64,000 nucleotides of DNA from positions 1,162,251 to 1,226,250 of the forward strand of contig OZ287697.1 of NCBI GenBank assembly GCA_965649825.1, in the 5' to 3' direction. The position numbers and the translations under genes are program-made. This DNA comes from Penicillus capitatus (taxonomy: Eukaryota > Plantae > Chlorophyta). Of the stretch, positions 1 through 11,189 are shown one piece after another (position 1 is the stretch's first letter; every line of letters starts with the position of its first letter). The notes below the pieces were generated by a model. That model was not told the DNA's origin. It made no database searches and worked only from the letters and a program-made list of their open reading frames with translations.

Positions 1-579
1 ATCTCACCTTGTTCAATCGCTCTCTCTTGCACCAGGCGTCGACGATATCATCGAAAAGGCGGCGCAAAGTAGCGTGCGGATCGGTTTTGATCGGGAGTAC
101 AGATGGCGGCGTGGAAGTCGGAGGCTTTGGCGATAACGCACCACCTGATACAGCAACGAATGATACCACAGTGCCAGGATGGACAGAGAAGTCACCATCC
201 AAGTACTTTTGTAGTTTTCTTTGAGCTTTTTTCTGATTCTTCGACGGGACGAAATCGTGGACATTGAGTCGAACAGTATAACTGGGACAGCACATGCAAC
301 TCAGATCCGGCTGATGTCACACCCGTTACTCTCTTATCGAAAAAGATAGTTACATCACCTTGTACATATAGTATCCAGCGCGTGTCCAGCCGATGTCCAC
401 GAGGTCCTGATATGCTTGCACCGTCAGTGTCGATGTCATCATTCCTAAAACGATGGAGTGTGTCGGTCGAGAGCGAAGCAGGGCATACCATGCGTGCAAA
501 AACGTGATGATTGTCGACAGTACACGCAGTGACTCTGCGAGGCACCGTAGTCCCGTACGACGTTAATTCGTTCAGACAT
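1..579 (-). CDS. ATE1: Arginyl-tRNA--protein transferase (N-terminal part; gene continues beyond window start)
   Basis: Manual splicing: exons 579-489, 444-359, 310-8, with GT-AG introns of 44 and 48 nt and a next donor at 7. The product MSERINVVRDYGASQSHCVYCRQSSRFCTHG-MMTSTLTVQAYQDLVDIGWTRAGYYMYK-PDLSCMCCPSYTVRLNVHDFVPSKNQKK matches the eukaryotic ATE1 N-terminal motifs (CxYC...HG...TLTV..YQ.L.D.GW.R.G.Y.YK...CCP.YT.RL...F.P.K.Q). No single ORF in the track shows it. Confidence 0.9.
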
Positions 580-1438
580 CTTTACGACGAAACTCAAGTG
601 AGACGACGTAACGCATCCATCGGTTGCCGATAGCCATCGACCGTCACATCAGACATTGCACCGAAGACAACTCCAGTAACGATCGATAGCCGTCGCAAAT
701 GAAAACGCGATATCCGCCATCGCGAACCGTGTCGATCGGAACGCGATCGATCTTAGACGGTGCGATCGAAAAAAGTATCTAAACGAAACCAGCGTTCGAT
801 TTGGAAGAAACGACGCCGATCGTCTATCGCTTTACCGTATCGAAGAAATCGACGGCAGACCCAGGGGTCAGTGCTTGATCCGTTCAAGAACGTCACTTCT
901 CTTCAGCGATCTGTCGCACGTTCCGATCACTCATTCGCATCATGATATAGAGCCCGGTTCCGACATTCGCCTGTGCAACCCTATCATTGACCAAAGCTGT
1001 TCGTGTTTGCGCGATCGCCGCTTATCGATCGGACGCCATTTGTCCCCGTAGTTTCTCTCTTTCCTCTTCGGCCATGTTCCCATACACTAGAGGCCAGCAA
1101 CAGCGCCTCATGATGTGACGTTTACGCTGCCGGATTAGGTGACGTGTCCAATGAGACGCGACGGTGGCAACGGCGCAACATGCGATGTCGATGAAGTCCA
1201 TCGCCGGGTTCTTTCCTTCCTCGACTTTCGTCTTCTGATAGATCGAGAGGCATTTTCGACACCCACGCCATGCGACGTCATTCAAGGACGAAATTGTGGA
1301 CAGACATGGAGCACTGTCCAGTCGTCTGGAGTCTACCAATCGTTGCGCTCATTTTCATCGGAAGGCAAATCGAAGCAATCTCCACCATCGGCGAAGCTCT
1401 CAATACTAGCGACGAGCCAAGCCGTTTCGTTTTCTGCT

Positions 1439-3954
1439 ATGTGCATCATGTCTTCGTGGCGTATATTCGTTCTCTTTGCGGCCCTGTTCATTTCTTCGAG
1501 TCTCGCTGCTGAAGATGACTGCACTGCTGTTCTCGCTGAAGCAGCACGCGTACGCTCGATTCCGTCGGCGATTGACGTGTGAGCTTTTCTGGACGTTTAG
1601 GAAAAGAACGCCCTTTCTGCAAAACTCCAGGCGGAGCAGGTCAGCTATTCTATGTCGCGTTATCTAGCCGTGTCTCATCCACGTCTTGACGAGACAGGAC
1701 CGCATCCAGGTGCTGAAATCGGCACTTGAAGAGAAAGAAGAGGCGGTTTCTAAAGTAAGACGGCATTCACGGAGATGACCTGCCCCGAAGGCTGGGCGAA
1801 TGTCTAGGAAAGGAATGCACTCTCAAATCAACTACAAAATGAGAAGGTCAGTCATGACGGCGACATCGAGACGGGCGTCGGTCATGAAGGTATTGTGGAT
1901 TATGTAGGATCGCGTTCAAGTGTTGACGGCTGTTCTGAAAGAAAAGGAAGACGCGCTTAACAAGGTAGGTCCCTCTTTAGTTCTTCTTCTGATGCAAATT
2001 CTTCTGATCTCGCAGTTGAGTTCAAAGGCGCCATCATCCGACGACAGCGGAGCAAGATTCGAAGAGGAGCTGAAGAAAAAGACAGCTGAATGCAAAACGT
2101 TCGAATCAGAGCTCAAGATTTCGCAAGGAGCCGAAAAACAGGTTTCAGATTCGACACGGATACGTGGGGGTATTGACACAAGAGTGATCTTTGGTGTGTT
2201 AGCTGCAAAAAGAGTTGGCCAAGTCTTTTGCTCGTGTGGATGTTCTTGCTGCGGAGAAGAATCAGTTGCAGAAACTCACGACCGAAGTCATCATCTCCTG
2301 CGATGCACCGATCGGCGTTTTCGATTCTCTGTGTGTCGGATCTAGTTGAAAGAGAATTTGGTATCGTCCCAAGAGAAGGAGGCGAAACTCGAAGAAGATC
2401 TGAAGACAAAGACATCCGAATGCAAAACGTTCGAATCGGAGCTCAAAATATCTCAAGGAGCCGAGAAACAGGTCTCGAAATCTACACGGGTATGCACACG
2501 AGTGATGCTTGGTGTGTTAGCTGCAAAAAGAGTTGGCCAAGTCTTTTGCTCGTGTGGATGTCCTCGCCGCCGAAAAAAACCAGCTGCGGAAGTTGGCAGA
2601 CAAAGTCTCTTCTACAACCTGACGGTCACATCACGCACTCACTTACTCTGTGACCTTTCAGCTGAAGACGACGTCCGCGGAAGGAAGCACATTTGAGGAA
2701 CAGCTGAAGCAGAGCGCCGCCGAATCTAAGAAATGCGAATCGGAGCTCAAAATCTCGCAGGGAGCTGAGAAACAGGTCGTCCGTTTCTAAGAGATCTGGC
2801 AGAAAGCGTTAGGTGACCGTTTCTGTGTTAGATGCAAGTGGAGTTGGCAAACTCATTTGCTCGTGTCAAGATCCTCTCGGCCGAAACAGAACAGTTGACA
2901 ACCTTAGCCGACGATGTCCTGCCCATCCCTCTCCCTACCGTTCCAACTCACCACTGTGTCGATTGCTGTGTCTAGTTGAAGGCCAAAGTGACAGAGAGTG
3001 AAAGAATAACAGCTGCTGCCGTTAAGAGAGCCACTGTTGCCGAAGCCGAAGTGGCAACGCTCAGAGAACAGACGAACCCAGCCGGCGGCCAATTGTGGAT
3101 CGCCATCGATCAAATGGTCGATGTGACACGAGAACAGCTGGCCAAGGTCTCTCCCTACTGGCTCTCTTTCAAAGAAACGTGCCGCCCTGCATGGACGGCC
3201 TTTGTCTCGGCTCCCATCGTTGCATCGCTGATGGACACATGCCAAGAGGCGATGGATACAGTCGTTGAATTCATGACCTCTCTTATGGCCAAAGCCTCGC
3301 CGTACTGCTCAGAGGCATACCAGATGTGCCAGATGTACAGTGGCTTGGCCATTGAGCGTGTCAATGCTGTCTACATCACCACCAAGCCCGTTCTGATTCA
3401 AGGATGGCAGACGATCCAGGTGCGGGTCGTCTCGACAGGAGAGGGGTCACATCACCGAGGGATGGGTGTTTGGTAGGAGAATAGCACCCGTGGGTGGACA
3501 GCTCTGCAGCAGGCCATCCGTGTCAGTGCTCAATCGACCTCGCAGTTCTATCACCAGATCGTAAATTCTGCTTTCGTGGTCGAGGCGCAGCGCCTCAGCT
3601 CTGAAACGGTGGCCGAACTCGAGCGTTACCTCCAGACCCAGATGCAATTCAGCAATGTACTGCACCCCTTTGCCAAGAAGGAATACGTTAGCTTGATTGT
3701 CTATACCTTGCTGGCCATTCCACCGCTCTTCCTCCTGACGCTGTTCCTCACCTGCTCCGGCAAAAGCGCAAGCGCACCCAAAAAGCCGCTGGTCGCTGCC
3801 GCCGCCGCCGCCACTGGACAGAAGAAATCCAAATCGAGTCAGAAGAAAGGCAAAAAGGCACATCTCCTATACCAATCCGCACGTGATGTGACAGCAATGC
3901 TTGCAGGGTAAAACGGTGAATGTTGGCGGCGACGTCGTGAAGTATGGCACATAA
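1439..3954 (+). CDS. Signal-peptide, coiled-coil protein with one C-terminal TM and a basic tail (resembles the plant At4g31340/At2g24420-type uncharacterised family)
   Basis: Signal peptide MSSWRIFVLFAALFISSSLA-AEDD. About 13 short exons joined by phase-0 introns encode a heptad coiled coil. The C-terminus ELERYLQTQMQFSNVLHPFAKKEYVSLIVYTLLAIPPLFLLTLFL followed by a K-rich tail resembles, from memory, the C-terminus of that plant family. The stop is at 3911 if unspliced, or at 3954 if the 49-nt GC-AG intron 3858-3906 is spliced. Confidence 0.7.
2016..2908 (+). repeat. Three tandem copies of a two-exon module (E..LK.K..ECK..ESELKISQGAEKQ | .Q.ELA.SFARV..L.AE..QL)
   Basis: Near-identical exon DNA (gagctcaa..tcgcaaggagccgaaaaacag; ctgcaaaaagagttggccaagtcttttgctcgtgtggatgt) recurs at about 2.1, 2.45 and 2.75 kb. 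All flanking introns are phase 0, and introns of modules 1 and 2 share ...gagtgat.cttggtgtgttag. Confidence 0.9.
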
Positions 3955-4254
3955 GGCTTCTGTTTTGAATAAGTGTCATGTTCTCTTGTACCCTTACCCC
4001 AAATTTCCTAAAGCAATTTCCTCTCCTTGCAGAACAGTCTGTAGAGTATTGATTAATTGTTGAATGGATGCTAAGACACGACGATCCATGAACGTCTTTC
4101 AAAGCTCCCATTCACGAAAAAGGACCCAACGGAGATCCAAAACGCGCGCGCGTTCGATAGATCGATCCAAGAATTCGTTAAACAGCCATTCTGGCACAGC
4201 CGTGTCACAAAAAAACCGACACGTCCGGCTCGTCTTTGGCCGAAAAAATCCAAC

Positions 4255-5823
<1,569 letters not shown>

Positions 5824-5963
5824 ATTGGCACCGTTTCACGAACGGGCAGCGAAAAACACAAGAAAAAGGGGGTAGCAAAGGAATGCAGACGCGTGGATGG
5901 AAAACGCGTGCGAAGTTTACGTTATGAATTGTCTGCACGGATGTGACGTCTCTCGATTGTGCG
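5824..5963. promoter_or_regulatory. 140-bp bidirectional promoter/5'UTR spacer between SAHH and the SSL gene
   Basis: Divergent ATGs at 5823 (-) and 5964 (+); GATGTGAC at 5940-5947. Confidence 0.6.
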
Positions 5964-7187
5964 ATGGGCTTTGCGCGTGCTCTGTTCATCGCGTTCGTTT
6001 TCTTCTCCATCGGCGTCGTCTTCGACGTCGTCCCTATTCAGCTCCCCCATCCCGCCTGCCATCACCGCGTCACGCCGTTAGCCCTTCATGAAGAGCCAGG
6101 AGCACTGACAGGCGTCTTCGCCGCCAATACAGGCCTCCAATCTGCCAAACGCTTCTTCAAAGGCACGCTGCATCAATCTGAATCCATCGCGATCAGCCCG
6201 AGCGGCGACCGTCTTTTCTTTGGCGATAAATTCGGCGCTGTCTATGCTGGACGTCTGATCGAAGGAAAGAGTCTGGATATCGTTCTGGAGCCAAAGGAGC
6301 CGTTGATTCAGATACCCGGTCGACCACTCGGTCTCCATGCCCTCTCTGATACCGAGCTCCTCATCTGTGACGCCGTCAATGGTCTCATCCTTGCGGATCT
6401 AACTAAGCGCAGCCATACCGTTCTCACGGACAAGGCCAAGGCTCATCGGCGCAGTAAGCGAACGTCGAAGATCGTGATGGCCAACGATCTCGATGTCGCA
6501 TCCGACGGCGCGATCTACTTCACCGATTCGACGGACATTCCGGTCGATCGAGGCAAAGACGGAGCGTACTCGACGTTTCGTACCTATATGCTCAATCTCC
6601 TCGAAGGCAGAGCCTCAGGACGTCTCTTGTTTTACGATCGCGAGGCGAATACGACGCGTGAGCTGATGACGCAGTTGTGGTATGCGAATGGGGTGGCCGT
6701 GGCCAAAGATGGCGCCTTCGTTGCGGTCGTCGAGACCAATGCCTTCCGTGTGCATCGTTACTGGCTAAAGGGCGCACGGAAGGGTCAATCGGATGTCCTC
6801 ATCGAACATCTGCCCGGTTTTCCCGATGGCATGTCCACCGCGCCGGACGGCGATTTCTGGATCGCGATGATCGCGCCGCCACCCTTCGTCTGGAAACTCG
6901 TGCCCTTTCACATCATCCGTCTGCTCTACGCCTGGATCTCAGAATTTATCCCACTGTCTATAAAAACCTGGGGCTACGTTATTAAAGTTTCGCCACAGGG
7001 TGACGTGCGAACAGTCCTCTCGGACATCGACGGGGGATTCATCCGTGGCACCTCATCGGCGACGGAACACAGTGGCAAGCTCTTCATGGGTAACCTCATC
7101 GAAGATTACATCAGCGTCTTCGATCTTTCCCTCCTTGGCGAAGTCCGAGAGCATACCAGCAGCGACGACGCCAAGGAAGAGCTCTAG
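5964..7187 (+). CDS. Strictosidine-synthase-like / APMAP-type beta-propeller protein with N-terminal signal anchor
   Basis: Single exon. Hydrophobic N-terminus, then GRPLGL, ANDLDVASDGAIYFTDS, GRLLFYD, LWYANGVAVAKDG.F..V.ET..FR..RYWLKG.RKG, LPGFPDGMS...DG.FWIA, all SSL/SMP-30 family hallmarks. The ORF track start at 5943 is GTG-like upstream sequence; 5964 is the first ATG. Confidence 0.9.
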   Translation: MGFARALFIAFVFFSIGVVFDVVPIQLPHPACHHRVTPLALHEEPGALTGVFAANTGLQSAKRFFKGTLHQSESIAISPSGDRLFFGDKFGAVYAGRLIEGKSLDIVLEPKEPLIQIPGRPLGLHALSDTELLICDAVNGLILADLTKRSHTVLTDKAKAHRRSKRTSKIVMANDLDVASDGAIYFTDSTDIPVDRGKDGAYSTFRTYMLNLLEGRASGRLLFYDREANTTRELMTQLWYANGVAVAKDGAFVAVVETNAFRVHRYWLKGARKGQSDVLIEHLPGFPDGMSTAPDGDFWIAMIAPPPFVWKLVPFHIIRLLYAWISEFIPLSIKTWGYVIKVSPQGDVRTVLSDIDGGFIRGTSSATEHSGKLFMGNLIEDYISVFDLSLLGEVREHTSSDDAKEEL

Positions 7188-7208
7188 ACAGAGACCCGCC
7201 GCCGGCAT

Positions 7209-7592
7209 CTACCGTTTCTTAAATCCGTATTTCTTGCGCTCGTAGAAGAGGTCGGTCTTGGCGGAACCGAGGTTGATGATCTTGGGACAGCCATCTCGAT
7301 CTTTTTCTTGTAACGTGCATTCCTTGCAGTAGTACGCATCCGATACGCCCTGTCCACCGCAGATGACGCAGCGACCTTCGTAGGATCCGTAGTTGCATTC
7401 GTCGCAGATGCGCACCAGAGTGCACGGCCGGACGTAGGAATCGCAGATGGGACACTTGCCATCGCATTTCTCACACAAACGCCCGAGCGCTACGATACAG
7501 GACATCAAACGAGTTCTCACACTTTTGCGCAGCAATGTACCGATGCCCGGTTGCTTCATGCACATAATCAAGTCGGGGTGATGCTTGGCCAT
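7209..7592 (-). CDS. PHF5A: PHD finger-like domain-containing protein 5A (SF3b subunit, Rds3)
   Basis: [39 protein letters not shown]...[16 protein letters not shown]. Removing the 51-nt in-frame intron 7540-7490 gives the canonical 110 aa. Confidence 0.98.
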   Translation of the reverse strand: MAKHHPDLIMCMKQPGIGTLLRKSVRTRLMSCIVALGRLCEKCDGKCPICDSYVRPCTLVRICDECNYGSYEGRCVICGGQGVSDAYYCKECTLQEKDRDGCPKIINLGSAKTDLFYERKKYGFKKR

Positions 7593-7697
7593 CGCGTCGT
7601 GGGATAACGGGACGCGCGACTGGAAGGCACTGCGTTATGTGATGTGACGTGCAGACCTCCGTAAAGAGTGGTCAGCGGCGATGTGACGTTGCAGCCA
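7593..7697. promoter_or_regulatory. 105-bp bidirectional promoter/5'UTR spacer between PHF5A and DDX10
   Basis: Divergent ATGs at 7592 (-) and 7698 (+); GATGTGAC at 7641 and 7680. Confidence 0.6.
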
Positions 7698-9835
7698 ATG
7701 CCTTCTAAGCGACGCCGACGACAGCGCTATGCGCCACGGGTGCCCAAGTATCGCTACGAGCGCAATTTGATCCGAGGCCTCGAACGTCGTCTACATGACT
7801 TTGCTCCCGAGCGCGGTACGGACCCTGGGGCGCAGCCACTGCCACAGGGGGACGGAAGCTATGTCGGTGCACGGCGATTTGATCAGCTGCCTCTCTCTCA
7901 ACCGACACAGGCCGGTCTCAACGACGCCGGGTACATCGATTTGACCGATATCCAACGATCGGCATTGCCTCATGCTCTGATCGGACGCAATGTTCTCGGT
8001 GCTGCGCGAACGGGATCGGGCAAGACGCTGGTGTTTCTGATCGCAATTCTCGAAAAACTCTATCGGCTACAGTGGTCGCGTATGGATGGATTGGGCGGTC
8101 TCATCATTTCGCCTGTTCGCGAATTGGCCCTGCAGATTTTCGAGGAGCTAAGGAAAGTGGGAAAGCATCACGATTTCAGTGCCGGTCTCTTGATCGGTGG
8201 AAAAGATGTCGATGTCGAGAAGAGTCGCATCGGCATGATGAATCTCTTGATCGCCACGCCGGGGCGTCTGCTGCATCATCTAGACGAGTCCGTGGGCTTT
8301 GATGTGACGTCTCTGCAAGTATTGGTACTGGACGAGGCCGACCGTCTGTTGGATATGGGCTTCGCTCGAATTCTGGACGCCATCGTGGCGCATCTGCCGA
8401 AAGGACGTCAGTCGATGCTGTTCTCAGCCACTCAGACAAAATCGGTTCAGGATCTCGTACGGCTCAGTCTGTCCGATCCGGAATACCTGGCGGTTCATGC
8501 CGATGCACCGACGGCCACTCCTGCTCAGCTGAGGCAATTCTATGTGAAATGTGACCTCCATGAAAAACTCACCGTCCTCTGGTCGTTTGTCAAGACACAT
8601 CCGCATGCCAAGATCATCGTCTTCGTCTCGACCTGTGCACAAGTCAGCTGTCTTTTCATCCGCCGATGTCGGATAACTGACTTGTAGGTTCGGTTTCTGT
8701 ACGAAGCACTCAAGAAGCTCCTGTCACATCAGCATGTTTGCTGTTTGCATGGCAGGATCAAACAGAACCGCCGAACCGAGACGTTCTATCAGTTTTGCTC
8801 AGCGAAAGCCATGGTCCTGTTGGCAACGGATGTCGCCGCCAGGGGGTTGGATTTTCCAGAGGTGGATTGGGTGGTGCAGCTGGACAGTCCAGACACGGTC
8901 GCCGAGTACATCCATCGTGTCGGTCGGACTGCACGGTACAGAGCAGATGGACAGGCACTGCTGCTTCTGATGCCACAAGAAATGCATCTTCTGCCGAAAC
9001 TGCTGGAAAAGCAGATTCCGATCCGTGAGATGCAGCTCAAGAAAACGGCCATGACCTGCCCAACCGTCGCCCTTCAGTCCTTACTGACAAAGACGCCACT
9101 GCTAAAGGTCTGTCAGGAGATAAGGGGCGGGGAATAGATGGATGGTGTATAGGAGTGTGCGAAAAAGGCGATGGTGACGTATCTAAAGGCCTATATGCTT
9201 AATTCCCACAATTCGCTCGAGGGGTTGAAAATCGATAGCTTTGCGGCGTCGATGGGATGGATGACGTTACCGTCTTCTAAAGCACTGAAGAAAATGGTAC
9301 GCCGTGTGCAGTATGCCAACGGAAATTCGGTCGAGAAGACGAAGCCTTCTGCAGAGATGGGTGAAGATCCAGAGGATGTGTCTCTGTTTGTTCCGGCAGA
9401 GCGATCGCCTCAGGTGACATCTACAGCAGCTCCACGTGCGCCTCCTTTGCTCAAGTCTCTGTCCGAAACGTGGCAAGAGTGCGTAGAGGTGTGCTAGTCT
9501 TTTATCATGTGCGAGAATGGTGTTGTGGTAGGGAGCAAGGTGATCGATACGTTAGCGCTTTTCGAGATGCCCACGATCGATTCGCGATCATGCGAGAAGG
9601 ACTTCAGCGAAGGACGGCTGACGATCGTGCCTTTATCAAATCGTGGAAGAAAGAAGCGGCACAACGTGCACGAGAAGCGGCAACAAGTCACCGAATCGAG
9701 ACGACGGTCGAGTTGGCGACATCTGAGAGCAGCGATCTCGAAGAGATTTTCACTTCCGACGACGAAGAGTCGCCCTCGGAAACACCGCATCTGATCAAAA
9801 GATCAAAGTTGTCATTGAAAGCGAGCGATGCATGA
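7698..9835 (+). CDS. DDX10: DEAD-box RNA helicase DDX10/DBP4 (18S rRNA biogenesis)
   Basis: GRNVLGAARTGSGKT, EKLYRLQWSRMDGLGGLIISP, LRKVGKHHDFSAGLLIGGK, LVLDEADRLLDMGF, ARGLDFPEVDWVVQLD, YIHRVGRTAR; the subfamily-specific segments match DBP4. Introns at about 8643-8687, 9108-9152 and 9480-9531. The extreme C-terminal exon is uncertain. Confidence 0.9.
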
Positions 9836-10403
9836 TGGAACCACATCGATGAGATCGAGACGTTTGACGTTTTCGCATGCACGATCATTATCTTCCTCAT
9901 ATTTGAAGGATCTAGAGTGTTATATGTCTCTACATGATCGCGGATCATGATGGACCCGCATGCGTGCCATTTGCGAAGGGGTGAGTGGTACCTTGTGGCT
10001 GTTCGATCATCGAAATGCAAAATTCGATCATCTTTAATAGATCGTCGATCGTAAACTGTCCATCGATCATCGTCGATCGACTGGACAACGCGATATCGGC
10101 TTGGATCGATCGCTTACGGACGACGCTGCCAGACGGACTAATAGAATTCTCTGCCGAACACATTGGGCGCCGATCGTCGCGCGTTTGTTCGTGCGATCCT
10201 TGCATCGAACGTGCTAACAGATGTCAAATATCAAAATAATCGATGACATGACTGCTCCTTTCTTCTCACAACGGGTCTTTCAAAGCAGATGCGTTTGAAC
10301 AACGACAACAGCAAACATGCAGATCATCCACATTCACAAAAGAATCAAATGCATCCGGCAGTAGCATGTCAGGTGCTCTGCTTCGCAAATGTCGTCGGGC
10401 GCA

Positions 10404-10814
10404 TCAACCGAAACTGTTCAGAATACACTCGCCTTTTACGTTGTAACTGGTGGAATTACAATCCAAACGACAAAACACTTCAACTTCGAAACAGGTAGGG
10501 ATCGCTTTACGGGAGAGAAATGCGCAAGCATCTCTACAAAGATCGAACAACACATCGAATGGTTCAGAATTGGATTCGAAAACTAGGCACACATGACGGA
10601 AAACCGTAATGTCTGCCAAACCGTGGCGACGCATGCGCTCAACCTTCTGAAAGTGTCCTTGTCAATTCACGTTTGCCATCTAAGGGCTGCGTTCTTGTCT
10701 GTACCTGCGTCCAGCAAAAAAATCGCCAATGAAGAGTTTGCAAAGAAAGTCGGGTCTTACCGAGAAGACGTAGAGGCCGAGGATTACGATCAGGCAAAGG
10801 ATCTTGGCAGACAT
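10404..10814 (-). CDS. Small secreted cysteine-rich protein of unknown function
   Basis: Exons 10814-10761, 10704-10644, 10582-10404 (GT-AG introns 56 and 61 nt) give MSAKILCLIVILGLYVFSVQTRTQPLDGKRELTRTLSEVFESNSEPFDVLFDLCRDACAFLSRKAIPTCFEVEVFCRLDCNSTSYNVK(GECILNSFG*). A GCGAGT donor after NVK could extend it to about 10265. Confidence 0.6.
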
Positions 10815-11189
10815 CGTCGTGGACGCACCTTCAGAAAAGGATCCGTCGCGAAAAAGGGATGCACAAAGCAGATAAAGGAACAGCAAAAAATGTGGACACC
10901 TCTACTTATACCCCTGACTCATACAGTGTTCCTTCCGTTTTCATCACCTAACGTTACCCGATGCGAAAATGATGGCTCCACATTTTTGTCGATGGTCGGC
11001 GCACAAGATCCGATCTCGCCGATCGCGATCCGATCGGCCCGATATGTATAAACATTCTATTTCGATACAATTGTCCATCTCGTCCTCAGCCAAACGGTTT
11101 TCCTAAACGGGATTATGATGTGCCAGATACAGAATCTGCCACAATTCCCGACAGCAAAGTATAGAAAAAAATCAAACATGAGACAGCCA

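Noticed and set aside
7490-7540. Apparent 17-aa insertion in the ultraconserved PHF5A
   Set aside because: It is a 51-nt in-frame GT-AG intron; removal gives the canonical 110-aa protein.
9836-10260. Short ORFs on both strands downstream of DDX10
   Set aside because: The sequence is low-information and gatcg-rich with no motif or convincing splice structure; it is probably UTR or spacer.
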